A stretch of 64,000 bases of DNA. It comes from Acidimicrobiia bacterium (lineage in GTDB: Bacteria > Actinomycetota > Acidimicrobiia > Spongiisociales > ZC4RG35). Shown here in pieces: positions 37,355 to 47,605 of the stretch. Numbering within the stretch: position 1 is the stretch's first letter; each line of letters begins with the position of its first letter. Where the stretch lies: assembly GCA_040905905.1 (NCBI GenBank), contig JBBDQN010000031.1:150637-214636 (forward strand), written 5' to 3'. The notes beneath the pieces were generated by a model that was not told where the DNA came from, made no database searches, and saw only the letters and a program-made list of their open reading frames with translations. Made by a program: the position numbers and the translations under genes.

Positions 37355-38920
37355 ATGCCCCGAGCAAGAACGCTTCTGTTGGCGCTAGCACTGGTGCTGG
37401 CAGCATGCCAAGGAGCTGAAACCACAACCACCACCGGTGGCTCTGACACCACGTCGGCAACGACGGCGGCCGAGGAGACGACCACCACTACCGCAGCGCC
37501 CGTGGCCGAGGGGATCATCATCGCCCTCGCCACCGAGCCCTCGACGCTGGATGGCCAGCTGGTGAACGATCGCAGTTCGCGGGTTGTCACCAACAATATT
37601 GTCGAAGGGCTTCTCTTCCGGGATCAGAGCGGTGAGATCGTTCCCCACCTGGCCGAGACCTACGAGGCCATTGCCGACGACCGCTGGCAGTTCACCCTCA
37701 GGCAAGGGGTCACCTTCCACAACGGTGAGCCCTTCAATGCCGATGCGGTTGTGTTCTCGATATTGCGAATCACCGCCGAGGACTATGAAACCCAGAAAAC
37801 GTCGTACATCGAAGGACTGGTCGGTGCCGAGGCCGTCGACGAGTACACCGTCGACATCATCACCGATGGGATCAGCCCGGTGGTTCCTGCCCAGATGACG
37901 AGTATTCCGATCGTTCCCCCTGTAGCCGGCGCCGATCCCGGGTATGGGGACAATCCGGTTGGAACCGGGCCCTACCAGTTCGTCTCCTGGGATCGAGGTC
38001 AGCAGATCACTCTCGAGGCCTATGACGGGTACTGGGGTGAGGCTCCGGCAATCCAGAGCTTCAGCATTCGGTTTATCCCCGACGCCCAGACGTCGCTGGC
38101 GGCGTTGCAGGCCGGGGAGATCGACATGGTCCTCGACCTGCTGCCCGAGCAGGCGGATCTTGTCCCGGTCTTCGTCAGCACTCCTGGACCCGAGTTCAGC
38201 TATATCCAGCTCAACACCTACAAGGAGTTCCTGGCCGATCCCATGGTGCGACAGGCGCTCAACTATGCAGTCGATAAGGAGACCCTGGCTGCCACCATCT
38301 ACGAAGGCCACGCTCGACCCAATGACGCTCAGCACCTGTCAGCTTCGATGCTCGGTTACAACGAAAGCGTCGATGCCTTCCCCTACGACCCGGAACTGGC
38401 CATGCAAATGCTGACAGACGCCGGGTATCCCGAGGGCTTCACGATGGAGCTGCATGTGCCGATCGGGCGGTTCCTCAAGGGCAATGAGACCGCCGAATTC
38501 GTGGCGGGACAACTCGGGGAAGTAGGCGTGATCGTGGAGATCGTCTTGACCGAGTTCTCGGTCCACCGCGAGGTCACCCGTATCCCCGGTCCCGATCCGG
38601 CGTCGGTCGATTCCCGTTACGGGTGGAACTCAAACGAGTGGTTCGACGCAGCCCGCTACTCGGGATTCTTCGCTTGCGAGGGAGGCTCGTCGAAGATCTG
38701 CATCGACGAGATCGATGCCCTGCACGAAGAGGCCTCATCCACCAACGATGCCGAGACGCGCGACCAGCTGTACCAACAGATCTGGGCCATCCTGCACGAG
38801 AACCCGCTGAGCATTTACCTGCTCCAGCAGAACCTCCTCTACGGATTGTCGGACCGTCTCCAGTGGGAGCCCCGGGTCGATGACGAGGTGCTGGTGGCGA
38901 GCATGAGCCTGACCGGGTGA
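37355..38920 (+). CDS. ABC transporter substrate-binding lipoprotein, family 5 (peptide/nickel)
   Basis: Signal peptide plus lipobox LVLAAC and a Thr-rich linker. It is paralogous to the SBP at 2-1630. Confidence 0.85.
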   Translation: MPRARTLLLALALVLAACQGAETTTTTGGSDTTSATTAAEETTTTTAAPVAEGIIIALATEPSTLDGQLVNDRSSRVVTNNIVEGLLFRDQSGEIVPHLAETYEAIADDRWQFTLRQGVTFHNGEPFNADAVVFSILRITAEDYETQKTSYIEGLVGAEAVDEYTVDIITDGISPVVPAQMTSIPIVPPVAGADPGYGDNPVGTGPYQFVSWDRGQQITLEAYDGYWGEAPAIQSFSIRFIPDAQTSLAALQAGEIDMVLDLLPEQADLVPVFVSTPGPEFSYIQLNTYKEFLADPMVRQALNYAVDKETLAATIYEGHARPNDAQHLSASMLGYNESVDAFPYDPELAMQMLTDAGYPEGFTMELHVPIGRFLKGNETAEFVAGQLGEVGVIVEIVLTEFSVHREVTRIPGPDPASVDSRYGWNSNEWFDAARYSGFFACEGGSSKICIDEIDALHEEASSTNDAETRDQLYQQIWAILHENPLSIYLLQQNLLYGLSDRLQWEPRVDDEVLVASMSLTG

Positions 38921-38939
38921 TCGGGTGATTTGCCGGGCC

Positions 38940-38974
38940 GGGGCGGGTCGAACCAAGGCAGGTCGACCCGCCCC
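38940..38974 (+). terminator. Perfect 12-bp-stem hairpin (GGGGCGGGTCGA / TCGACCCGCCCC) downstream of the SBP gene, likely a terminator or attenuator
   Basis: The inverted repeat is directly visible; the downstream T-tract is weak. Confidence 0.4.
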
Positions 38975-39001
38975 GACCTTTGATCGCCTCCGGATGGTCG
39001 C

Positions 39002-39946
39002 ATGAAGCAATCACCTTCCACCTCTATGGGGCGTTTTGTCATCGGCCGTCTCCGGGATGGGGCAGTCGTTCTGATCCTGGTGGTCCTAGTCATATTTGTT
39101 TTGGCTTTCGTGGTCGGAAACCCGGTCGAGTATTACGCGCCTCCCGATGCCACCCAGGAAGACATCGATCGCCTCAATCGAATCCTTGGATTCGACCGAC
39201 CGTTCCATATCCAGTTCGTCGACTACTTCGGTGGCCTCATTCAGGGCGACTTTGGTGAGTCTCTGTTTCAGCGACGTCCGGCCATTCGACCGATCATGGA
39301 GGCCCTTCCGGCCACCATCCTTCTAAGCCTGACGGGGATCGCCCTGGCTGGAGTGCTGGGATCGGTCGGAGGGGTGTTGGCGGGAGTGAGACCGGGGACG
39401 CTGTTCGATCGGGTGTCGAACTTCATATCGGTGGCACTGGTGTCGGTACCCAACTTCTGGCTTGGTCTGGTGCTGATTGTGATCTTCGCAGTTCAGCTGC
39501 GGATTCTTCCGACGTCGGGGTTCTTCGACAACCAGGGAATCATTCTCCCGACTCTGACCCTTGGTCTGGTTCACGGGGGGCGAATCTTCCTTATCGTCCG
39601 CTCGGTCACGTTTGAGGAGACCACCAAACCCTATGTGATGGTGGCTGAGAGCAAGGGGATGCCGTTTTCTTCCGTCGTGGGGCGCCACGTGCTCCGCAAC
39701 GCCGGTGTAACGATCGCCACCACTGTCGGATGGGAGTACGTCCGGATGATGGGAGGCACCGCCTTTGCCATTGAGTTCGTATTTGCCTGGCCGGGCGTTG
39801 GCAACCTCATGATCGACTCGGCCCATCGTCAGGATTTTCCGGTCCTACAGGCGGGAGTGATTCTCACCGGGGTCTTCGTCGTCACCGCCAACATTGTTGT
39901 CGACCTGGGCAGCAGGGTTCTCGACCGGCGATTGCAGCCGGTATGA
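39002..39946 (+). CDS. ABC transporter permease (DppB-like)
   Basis: 314-aa membrane protein with a permease core. Confidence 0.85.
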   Translation: MKQSPSTSMGRFVIGRLRDGAVVLILVVLVIFVLAFVVGNPVEYYAPPDATQEDIDRLNRILGFDRPFHIQFVDYFGGLIQGDFGESLFQRRPAIRPIMEALPATILLSLTGIALAGVLGSVGGVLAGVRPGTLFDRVSNFISVALVSVPNFWLGLVLIVIFAVQLRILPTSGFFDNQGIILPTLTLGLVHGGRIFLIVRSVTFEETTKPYVMVAESKGMPFSSVVGRHVLRNAGVTIATTVGWEYVRMMGGTAFAIEFVFAWPGVGNLMIDSAHRQDFPVLQAGVILTGVFVVTANIVVDLGSRVLDRRLQPV

Positions 39947-40827
39947 GCGCTCCCACCATCGCCGGTCCTCCGCCTGCCCCAGCCTTGGCCGGGGTGGAAG
40001 GCCCACCGGGGACTGGAAGGTGGGTGTTGTGGTTCTGGGTGGCTTTGCTTGGTGTCTTCCTGGTCGCCGCGTTTACCGGTGACTTGCTGGCTCCCTACGA
40101 CCCGTTTGACCAGGCCCCTGTCGACCGCCTCTCCCCCCCAATGACGGTGACCGAGCGCGGCCTTCATATCTTCGGAACTGATCCACTTGGTCGCGACTCC
40201 TTCTCAAACATCATCCTCGGCACCAGGCTGACGTTGCTGGTGGGCCTGCTCGCCACTGCCATAGGGACAGTGGTAGGGACCCTGATCGGGGCGGCGGCTG
40301 GCTATTACGGTGGCTGGGTTGACCGTATCGGCATGCGCCTAGCCGAAGCCCAAACCGCGATGCCGATGTTCCTAGTCGCCATATTGCTGCTCAGTCTTTT
40401 GGGTCCGTCCGTCATCAACCTGGTGGTGGTGCTGCCGGCTCTCATCTGGCCCACATTCGCCCGGATCATCCGCGCCGAGACCCTGCGGTTGCGCTCCACC
40501 GCCTTCATCGAGGCGGCCCAGGCTCTTGGCTGCACAGGCTGGACCATCATGCGCAGGCATCTGATCCCCAACCTGGCCGGCCGTATCGGTGTGCTCGTGG
40601 TCGTTTCGGTCGGCCATGTCATGTTGGCGGAGGCCGGCCTCAGCTTCCTCGGGGTAGGAGTGCAACCACCGGACATCACCTGGGGACTCCTGATCTCCCT
40701 CGGCAGGCAATATCTGGCCGTGGCCTGGTGGCTGACAATCATTCCCGGTCTGTTCCTCGGACTGGTGGTCCTATCCATCAACATGATCGGTCGCCATTTT
40801 GAACGAAACCTGGGGGCGGCCGGGTGA
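39943..40827 (+). CDS. ABC transporter permease (DppC-like)
   Basis: 294-aa membrane protein; it overlaps the upstream gene by 4 nt. Confidence 0.85.
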   Translation: MSAPTIAGPPPAPALAGVEGPPGTGRWVLWFWVALLGVFLVAAFTGDLLAPYDPFDQAPVDRLSPPMTVTERGLHIFGTDPLGRDSFSNIILGTRLTLLVGLLATAIGTVVGTLIGAAAGYYGGWVDRIGMRLAEAQTAMPMFLVAILLLSLLGPSVINLVVVLPALIWPTFARIIRAETLRLRSTAFIEAAQALGCTGWTIMRRHLIPNLAGRIGVLVVVSVGHVMLAEAGLSFLGVGVQPPDITWGLLISLGRQYLAVAWWLTIIPGLFLGLVVLSINMIGRHFERNLGAAG

Positions 40828-41867
40828 ATGCTGCCCCCTTGCTCGAGGTCCGCGACTTGAAGGTCTGGTTTCCCACCGCTCGCGGGATAGTGAAGGCCGT
40901 CGATGGAGTGTCGTTTCGGCTCCAGCCGAAGGAGGCACTGGGGATCGTGGGGGAGAGTGGCTGCGGCAAGACCGTGACTGCTCTATCCATCCTCCGCCTC
41001 TTCGGGCCGGCAACCCGGGTCAGGATCCAGGGCGAGGTTCTGTTCGAAGACCGCAACCTGCTGAAGGTTTCCCGCAAAGAGATGCTGCAGATAAGGGGGG
41101 TGCAGATCGGCATGGTGTTCCAGGACCCTCTCACCGCCCTCGATCCGATCATGCCGGTAGGTGAACAGATCGCCGAATCGATCCGGTTTCACCTGCACTT
41201 CGATCCCAAGAGGGCTCGAGCGAGGACCCTCGAGCTCTTGGACCTGGTCGGGATTCCCGATCCTCGGCAGCGGATCGACGATCTCCCTCACAGCTTCAGC
41301 GGTGGCATGCGCCAGCGTCTTGTCATCGCCATGGCGATTGCTTGCGGTCCCAAGGTGCTGATAGCCGACGAGGCAACAACTGCCCTCGACGTGACTGTTC
41401 AAGCTCAAATCCTCAGGCTCATTAACGATCTTCGGCGCGAGTTGTCGATGGCACTCATAGTCATCACTCACGATCTAGGGGTGATAGCGGCCACCTGTGA
41501 AAACGTCCAGGTCATGTATGCCGGCAAGGCTGCCGAGTACGCAGACGTGGCCCACATCTTGGAAGGCGGAAGTCACCCTTACACACAGGGTCTCATGCGT
41601 CTGGTTCCCCGCCTCGACCAGGATCGGCACCGTCGCTTAAGGCCTATCGACGGCACGCCCCTCACTGTCTTGGACGCCTGGCAAGGCTGCCGATTCGCTC
41701 CCCGGTGCGAGCATGCCTGGGAGCGCTGCCGGGTGGATGAGCCCGGCTTGCTCCCGCTGGGTCCCCACCACGCCAGCGCCTGCTGGCTGGTCGAGGAGCC
41801 CTCCCGTCGAGGCGCCGATCGTCGAGCCGCGAACTACCAGCCGGGAGCGGTTGATCATGTCAGCTAA
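40824..41867 (+). CDS. ABC transporter ATP-binding protein (DppD-like)
   Basis: Walker A GESGCGKT, signature FSGGMRQR, Walker B LIADEATTALD and a C-terminal oligopeptide motif. Confidence 0.85.
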   Translation: MNAAPLLEVRDLKVWFPTARGIVKAVDGVSFRLQPKEALGIVGESGCGKTVTALSILRLFGPATRVRIQGEVLFEDRNLLKVSRKEMLQIRGVQIGMVFQDPLTALDPIMPVGEQIAESIRFHLHFDPKRARARTLELLDLVGIPDPRQRIDDLPHSFSGGMRQRLVIAMAIACGPKVLIADEATTALDVTVQAQILRLINDLRRELSMALIVITHDLGVIAATCENVQVMYAGKAAEYADVAHILEGGSHPYTQGLMRLVPRLDQDRHRRLRPIDGTPLTVLDAWQGCRFAPRCEHAWERCRVDEPGLLPLGPHHASACWLVEEPSRRGADRRAANYQPGAVDHVS

Positions 41868-42870
41868 CGGCTCCGCCATCCTCAATGTCGACGAGGCCGT
41901 GGTCAAGTTCTGGGTTGATCGCGAGCGGACCATCACCGCGGTTAACGGTGTCTCACTCCATATTGCTGCGGGAGAGACGCTGGGTCTGGTCGGGGAGAGC
42001 GGGTGTGGGAAGTCGACGCTGGGGCGAGCGATCCTCAGGCTCGTTGAGCTTTACTCCGGGAGTGTGTCGTTCCTAGGCAAGGGGATCGGCTCACTCGCCA
42101 GACGCGACCTGCGACACCTGCGTCGTGATCTGGCGGTGGTGTTTCAAGACCCCCGCGGGTCACTTGATCCCCGCATGAGGGTTGGTGACATCGTTGCCGA
42201 GCCTTTGCGCGTCCACCGCCTCGCCAGTGGCGCCGAGTTGGACCGTCGGGTCAGCTCGTTGCTCGAGCAGGTCGGTCTCGGAGCCGAGTATGCCAAGCGC
42301 CGCCCCACTGAGCTCTCCGGGGGCCAACAACAACGGGTCGGCATCGCCCGAGCACTGGTGACGAAACCGCGACTGGTGATCCTCGACGAGCCGGTGTCGG
42401 CCCTCGACGTGTCGGTTCAGGCCCAGGTCATCAATCTTCTGCAGGGTCTACAGCGTGAACTGGGGGCGGCCTTTCTTTTCATCGCCCACAACCTGGCGGT
42501 AGTCCGTCATCTCAGCGATCGCGTGGCGGTGATGTACCTTGGCGAGATCGTCGAGGAGGGATCGTCTCATGGGCTTTTTGCCCGACCTCGGCACCCCTAC
42601 ACAAGAGGCTTGGTCGCCTCGGTGCTGCGGCCCGATTTGGAGGCTCCCGCCCGGTTGGAGGAGGTAGCGCGGCTGACTCCGGGAGAGGTACCGAGCATGC
42701 TCGACCCCCCAACTGGCTGCAAGTACCACACCCGCTGCATCTATGTCCAGGACATCTGCCGCATTGAGCGGCCGCTCCTCGAAGAAGTGGCCACCGCCAG
42801 CGAGCACCGGGTTGCGTGTCATTTCTGGAAGTCCATACCGGATCCGATTCCAATCGCCCGTGCTCGATGA
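41857..42870 (+). CDS. ABC transporter ATP-binding protein (DppF-like)
   Basis: Walker A GESGCGKST, signature LSGGQQQR and Walker B LILDEPVSALD. The ATG at 41857 is chosen over the long upstream ORF. Confidence 0.85.
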   Translation: MSANGSAILNVDEAVVKFWVDRERTITAVNGVSLHIAAGETLGLVGESGCGKSTLGRAILRLVELYSGSVSFLGKGIGSLARRDLRHLRRDLAVVFQDPRGSLDPRMRVGDIVAEPLRVHRLASGAELDRRVSSLLEQVGLGAEYAKRRPTELSGGQQQRVGIARALVTKPRLVILDEPVSALDVSVQAQVINLLQGLQRELGAAFLFIAHNLAVVRHLSDRVAVMYLGEIVEEGSSHGLFARPRHPYTRGLVASVLRPDLEAPARLEEVARLTPGEVPSMLDPPTGCKYHTRCIYVQDICRIERPLLEEVATASEHRVACHFWKSIPDPIPIARAR

Positions 42871-42883
42871 AAAGGGAGCTTCA

Positions 42884-43264
42884 GTGACTTCACCACGGCC
42901 AATCCAGACTGAGAACGCCCCCACTCCAACCGGGCCCTTCAACCAGGCGATCAGGAGGGGCAATCTCATTTTCACCGCCGGTCAAGCCGGTCGCAATCGT
43001 GATACGGGAACGATGGGTGATGCCGGCGAGCAGACCGACTGGGCGCTGCGCAACATCAGCGCGATTCTGGAAGCCGGCGGTTCCAGCCTGGCCGATGTGG
43101 TCAAGGTGACCTTGTTTGTCAAAGAAGGCGTGGAGACCGGCCCGATCAACGACGTCTACAGGAGCTTTTTCGACCTGCTTCCGGCACGATCGCTCGTGTT
43201 TGTGACTCGTCTCAAAGGGCCTGACATGTTGGTGGAGATCGAGGCGGTGGCGGTTGTTGATTGA
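42884..43264 (+). CDS. RidA/YjgF family protein
   Basis: GTG at 42884 with the RBS AAAGGGAG. The sequence NAPTPTGPFNQAIRRGNLIFTAGQ and the C-terminus match YjgF. Confidence 0.7.
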   Translation: MTSPRPIQTENAPTPTGPFNQAIRRGNLIFTAGQAGRNRDTGTMGDAGEQTDWALRNISAILEAGGSSLADVVKVTLFVKEGVETGPINDVYRSFFDLLPARSLVFVTRLKGPDMLVEIEAVAVVD

Positions 43265-44843
43265 GAGCCATTCACCCGAGCCTGTCATCGCCGACGGGAG
43301 TGGCGGTGCAGTAGCCGCCGGCCATGTGATCGCAGCGCGAGCAGCGCTCGATGTGCTGGCCGACGGTGGGAATGCAATAGATGCCGCCATCGCGGCTTCG
43401 GCGGTGCAATGCGTTGTCGAGCCGGCCTGGTGTGGTGTCGGCGGCGACGCGTTCGCAATGATCCACACCCCGGGGGTCAGCACGGCCATCAACGGAAGTG
43501 GAGCGGCGCCGACCGGGTTGAACGGGATCCAACCCGGAGCAATCCCCCGTTTCGGTGCACTATCCGTCTCCGTGCCGGGGACGGTGGAGACGTGGGATGG
43601 AATGGCTACCAGATTCGGGACCCGTCCGTTTCCAGACCTGTTGAACCCTGCTATCGAATTGGCCGAGGAAGGGTTCCCTGTCGATGCGAGATTGGCCGCT
43701 GCTCTTGGCCGGCTCCGACCAGAACTCGACGGATATCCGGGCTTGGCCCGCCTGCTCGAAGCGAACGGAGCGGAGGTCGGGGATACCTTCTATCAGCCGC
43801 AGCTAGCCAAGACACTCCGGACCATCGCCCACGACGGTGCGAAGGCTTTTTACGAGGGCAGCCTCAGCGACGCACTCGTGGCAGGGCTCCGCTCGCGAGG
43901 GGGCGTAATCACCGGTCACGACCTGGCCGGTCATTGGGGCGACTGGCTCAGTCCGCTCTCGATCGAATACCGGGGGCGACAAATCCTCGAGCATCCCCCC
44001 GTGTCCCTTGGTGTGATCCTCCTTCAGGAACTCAGGATCCTGGAGGGTTTCGACCCGGCCAGTCTCGATCATCTTGGCCCGGAGCTCGTCGATCTGATGA
44101 TTCTCTGCAAACAGGCTGCGTTCAGCGACTCTCTCGCCCATCTGGGCGATCCCCACCACGAGTCGGTGCCGCTCGACTGGATGCTGAGTGAAGACCGAGC
44201 CAAGTGGTGGCGGGACGAGATCCGTCGCAGCCGGCCGACCTCGTTCTCCGTCTCCCAGGATGGGCCGGATACCACGTCGCTGGCGGTTGTCGACGGCATG
44301 GGCAACACCGTCACCTTCATCCATAGCCTCTTCAACGAGTTTGGTTCTCGGGAAGCTCCCGGCGACCTCGGGGTGATTCTCAACGACCGGCTCGGCAACC
44401 TGGTACTCGAGGGCGGGCGCCCGGGCGGGATCCGTCCCGGGCACCGGCCGGTTCACACCCTGAATTCCTTTATGGTGCTGGAGGACGACCACGTGACCTT
44501 GGCCGGCGCCACCCCAGGAGGACGAGGCCAGGTCCAAACGTTATTTCAGGTACTGGTTCGATACCTCGACCACCGATTCGACATCGGGGAGGCGCTGCGG
44601 GCGCCGCGATGGCTGCACGGATCGCCTCGTACGCGGGGCGTCGATGGTGTACTCAACCTCGAGTCGACCTTCCCGCCGTCGACCGCCCAGGCCCTGGCCG
44701 CCAACGGCTACCAGGTCATGACGGTCGCTAACGATGACACCGACATCTTCGGCAGCTGCACTCTGGTAATGAGTGCCCGGGCCGACCACAAGCTGACCGC
44801 CGCCGCCGATCATCGCCGCGGGGCGGCGGCGCTGGCGTTCTAG
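43254..44843 (+). CDS. ggt: Gamma-glutamyltransferase family protein
   Basis: GGNAIDAAIAAS...GVGGDAFAMI and the autoprocessing/nucleophile region DTTSLAVVDGMGN. The TTG start is uncertain. Confidence 0.8.
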   Translation: MLIESHSPEPVIADGSGGAVAAGHVIAARAALDVLADGGNAIDAAIAASAVQCVVEPAWCGVGGDAFAMIHTPGVSTAINGSGAAPTGLNGIQPGAIPRFGALSVSVPGTVETWDGMATRFGTRPFPDLLNPAIELAEEGFPVDARLAAALGRLRPELDGYPGLARLLEANGAEVGDTFYQPQLAKTLRTIAHDGAKAFYEGSLSDALVAGLRSRGGVITGHDLAGHWGDWLSPLSIEYRGRQILEHPPVSLGVILLQELRILEGFDPASLDHLGPELVDLMILCKQAAFSDSLAHLGDPHHESVPLDWMLSEDRAKWWRDEIRRSRPTSFSVSQDGPDTTSLAVVDGMGNTVTFIHSLFNEFGSREAPGDLGVILNDRLGNLVLEGGRPGGIRPGHRPVHTLNSFMVLEDDHVTLAGATPGGRGQVQTLFQVLVRYLDHRFDIGEALRAPRWLHGSPRTRGVDGVLNLESTFPPSTAQALAANGYQVMTVANDDTDIFGSCTLVMSARADHKLTAAADHRRGAAALAF

Positions 44844-44850
44844 GAGCGAC

Positions 44851-46068
44851 GTGACCAAAGGCATCACCTACCCATACCCCATCGACCGCAGCCTCTACTC
44901 GTGGCCTTCGTTCTCGGACGTGGAGTTCGCTCGTCGACATGACCTAGTCCGAAAGTTCATGTCTGACCAAGGCCTCGATTGCCTTCTCATCTCAGGCAAC
45001 AACGCCATATGGGAGCGTTCGTGGGCAAACATCCGCTGGGTGTCGAACTTCATCGGGACCATGGAACTCGACGCCTTTTGTGTCTTCCCTCAGATCGGCG
45101 AGCCAACACTTCTGATTCTCGGGCTCAATGCCCGGCTGCCCGACCGGATCGCCCGCTCGATCATCCCCGACGTACGCGGTGCTCTCAACACCGCCGACCT
45201 GCTAGTCGAGAGAATCCGCGAGCTCGGTCTCGAGCGCGCCAACATTGGCGTGATCCGGCCCGCCCCCTGGTTGTCGCTCTCCAAGGACCACGATCAGGCA
45301 TTGCGGACGGCGTTTCCTGCCGCGACCTTCCGTGAGTACAGCGACGAGTTCTGGCGGATCCGGATGGTGCTCTCTGCAGAGGAGTTGGCCTGTCTGGACG
45401 AAGCGGGGCGAATTGGCGATGCCGCGGTCCACGCACTGGCCAATGAGCTGAGGCCGGGCATGAAGGAGAAGGATCTGTTTGCGATCATCTATCGGGCTCT
45501 GGCCGAAAACGGTGGCGAGATCCCCTGCATGGTGCTGGCCGCCAGTGAGTCGATGCACCAGTCGATCAGCGGTTTTCAACGACCTCGCCCCTTGGACCGG
45601 ACCATTGCTTCGGGCGATCAGCTTCTTCTCGAGATCGGCGCCCGCGACGGTCATGGCTATGAAGCGCAGACAGGAAAGCCCATCGTTTATGGTCCGCCCC
45701 CACCCGACTTTGCCGACATGTTCGAGGTCTGCCTGGAGGCGTATCACCGGGTGGTGGCGGAGTTGAAGCCTGGATGCACCGCGGCCGATTTACGACGCGC
45801 CGGCCAGATCATTTGGGATCGCGGATACCAGGTGGTGGCTCCTTTGGTTCACGGTGTCTTCAACCCGATCGACGCCGGGCCCTTTGTCGGTACGTCCCAT
45901 CGACCTGACAAGGACGTGCCACTCGAGCCCAACATGGCTCTTTGTGTGGAGATACACCCTTGTAACGAGGATGTCACCAAGGGCGTATTTCTGGGAGACA
46001 CGTTTGTGATAACCGAAACGGGTGCGAGATCGGTCAACAAGGTCCCGCCCGAGTTGATTGTCCTCTGA
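44851..46068 (+). CDS. M24 family metallopeptidase (Xaa-Pro aminopeptidase / creatinase-like)
   Basis: Creatinase-like N-terminal domain plus a pita-bread C-terminal domain; GTG start with the RBS AGGAG. Confidence 0.7.
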   Translation: MTKGITYPYPIDRSLYSWPSFSDVEFARRHDLVRKFMSDQGLDCLLISGNNAIWERSWANIRWVSNFIGTMELDAFCVFPQIGEPTLLILGLNARLPDRIARSIIPDVRGALNTADLLVERIRELGLERANIGVIRPAPWLSLSKDHDQALRTAFPAATFREYSDEFWRIRMVLSAEELACLDEAGRIGDAAVHALANELRPGMKEKDLFAIIYRALAENGGEIPCMVLAASESMHQSISGFQRPRPLDRTIASGDQLLLEIGARDGHGYEAQTGKPIVYGPPPPDFADMFEVCLEAYHRVVAELKPGCTAADLRRAGQIIWDRGYQVVAPLVHGVFNPIDAGPFVGTSHRPDKDVPLEPNMALCVEIHPCNEDVTKGVFLGDTFVITETGARSVNKVPPELIVL

Positions 46069-46637
46069 TGGCTCCCGTCACCTTCGATCAAGTCGATGAC
46101 CTGATCCGGAGCCGCCGCTCGAGTCTCCGGATCGACCCGGAACGACCAGTTAACCCCGAGCTGATCGAACGTCTTTGCGAGCTTGCCACCTGGGCGCCCA
46201 ACCACAAGCGGACCTCGCCATGGCGTTTTGCCGTTCTCACCAACGGGGCCCGAACCAGACTCGGCGAGGTCGTGGCGGATGCCCTCGTTCGCAGCGGCGC
46301 GACCGATTCGCAGGCTCTTCAGAAGGCATTGACCAAATACCTGCGGGCCCCGGTCATCGTCATTGTCGGCAGTGCCCGCAACGACGACCCGGTGCTCGAT
46401 GGTGAGAATCGTGATGCGGTGGCGGCCGGTGTCCAGACCTTGTTGCTGGCCGCTAGCACTTCCGGGCTCAGCACCTTCTGGTCGACGGGTGCCACTGCCA
46501 GGATCGACGAAGTGAAGGAGCTGGCCGGCTTCGAGCGTGATGAGCAGATCGTGGCCGTGATATACATGGGCTGGCCGGATGGTGAGGCGCCACCGGGACG
46601 ACGAGAGCCGGCCCGGATCAACTGGTTGAACGCATGA
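46068..46637 (+). CDS. Nitroreductase family protein
   Basis: Nitroreductase fold pattern (RRSxR...; TWAPNHKRTSPWRF). Its ATG overlaps the previous stop by 1 nt. Confidence 0.75.
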   Translation: MAPVTFDQVDDLIRSRRSSLRIDPERPVNPELIERLCELATWAPNHKRTSPWRFAVLTNGARTRLGEVVADALVRSGATDSQALQKALTKYLRAPVIVIVGSARNDDPVLDGENRDAVAAGVQTLLLAASTSGLSTFWSTGATARIDEVKELAGFERDEQIVAVIYMGWPDGEAPPGRREPARINWLNA

Positions 46638-46840
46638 ACCATGACGCGACTCCGAGGTCTCGACGCTTCCTGATCGCCGAGTGCTTCCTGGTGAACCTCC
46701 TCGGTCTCGATGAGACCGTGGCAGCCCGCGAGATGTTGGCCTGGGGAGTGGCCCTGAGCTCAGATTCGGAGAAGGCGGTCTGGAACCTCCTTGGCCGCCC
46801 AACTCAGTGTCCCCATGGGGAGTCGATTCCAGCCCTTTAG
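46634..46840 (+). CDS. Possible small hypothetical protein (68 aa)
   Basis: High GC3 ORF overlapping the nitroreductase stop (ATGA); no homology was recognised. Confidence 0.3.
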   Translation: MNHDATPRSRRFLIAECFLVNLLGLDETVAAREMLAWGVALSSDSEKAVWNLLGRPTQCPHGESIPAL

Positions 46841-46842
46841 GT

Positions 46843-46879
46843 CATCAGTTCGGCCAGTTTGCGGACGATGTTGCGGTTG
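46843..46879. repeat. Copy A of a 37-bp direct repeat (CATCAGTTCGGCCAGTTTGCGGACGaTGTTGCgGTTG). It sits within a 17-codon remnant of a DUF1697 C-terminus (minus strand, ...NRNIVRKLAELMT*).
   Basis: 35/37 identical to 47988-48024. The minus-strand reading gives a truncated frame homologous to the end of the gene at 47967-48524. Confidence 0.6.
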
Positions 46880-46903
46880 GGCGAGCCGCCTAGCTACTGC
46901 GGA

Positions 46904-47239
46904 CTATTCGCGGTTGGCTCGGTAAACGCGGACGTCGACTCGTTCGAGGGTTACCAGCCCGTCGCCGATCATCTCATCGAGGGCTGGAAGGATGCCTTCG
47001 ATCTTGTCATTGCTGTCGACACACTCAATGATGATGGGCAGGTCTTCGGAGAGCCGGAGGATGTGGGCGGTGTGCAGCCGGCTCGATTTGCCGAAGCCCT
47101 CTATGCCTCGGAGGACGGTGGCACCGGCCAGGCCCTGCTTTCGGAGGGTCTCGACAATCGCCTGGTAGAGAGGCTGGCCATGATGGGTGTCGGACTCTCC
47201 GATGAAGATCCGCAGAAGTCGGGCGTCTTGGTCTTCCAT
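46904..47239 (-). CDS. DUF190 family protein (PII-like, CrcB-associated)
   Basis: 111 aa with LLRIFIGESDTHHGQPLYQAIVE....GATVLRGIEGFG....GLVTLERVDV matching the DUF190 consensus. It lies immediately downstream of the crcB pair. Confidence 0.8.
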   Translation of the reverse strand: MEDQDARLLRIFIGESDTHHGQPLYQAIVETLRKQGLAGATVLRGIEGFGKSSRLHTAHILRLSEDLPIIIECVDSNDKIEGILPALDEMIGDGLVTLERVDVRVYRANRE

Positions 47240-47251
47240 AGTTGCCTCATT

Positions 47252-47605
47252 TCAGTTGGTCAGGACATAACCGGCGGCCGCAAGAGCGATACCCGCGATC
47301 AGAGCCAGGAAAAGGTTGGCGAATGCTCGGGTGGAACGGAGGACTGGGAAGCCCAGACGGATCGTTTCGATCATCCAAGTGGAAAAGGTTGTGTAACCGC
47401 CAAGGAACCCGACGATTGCAAGGCTCGTCGTGGCATTGAGCCCGTTCGTGCCGGCAACCAGACCGAGCAAGAACGAGCCCGTGAGGTTGACGGTTAATGT
47501 GCCGACCGGAAAATCGGACCGGCTGAGTCGATGAGTCCACCCTGAGATGAGATATCGACAAAGAGCACCCGCGGCACCGGCGATGGCTCCGATCATGAGA
47601 GTCAT
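47252..47605 (-). CDS. crcB: Fluoride ion exporter CrcB/FluC (subunit 1)
   Basis: GGYTTFSTW motif and 4 transmembrane segments. The ATG at 47605 overlaps the upstream crcB stop (ATGA). Confidence 0.85.
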   Translation of the reverse strand: MTLMIGAIAGAAGALCRYLISGWTHRLSRSDFPVGTLTVNLTGSFLLGLVAGTNGLNATTSLAIVGFLGGYTTFSTWMIETIRLGFPVLRSTRAFANLFLALIAGIALAAAGYVLTN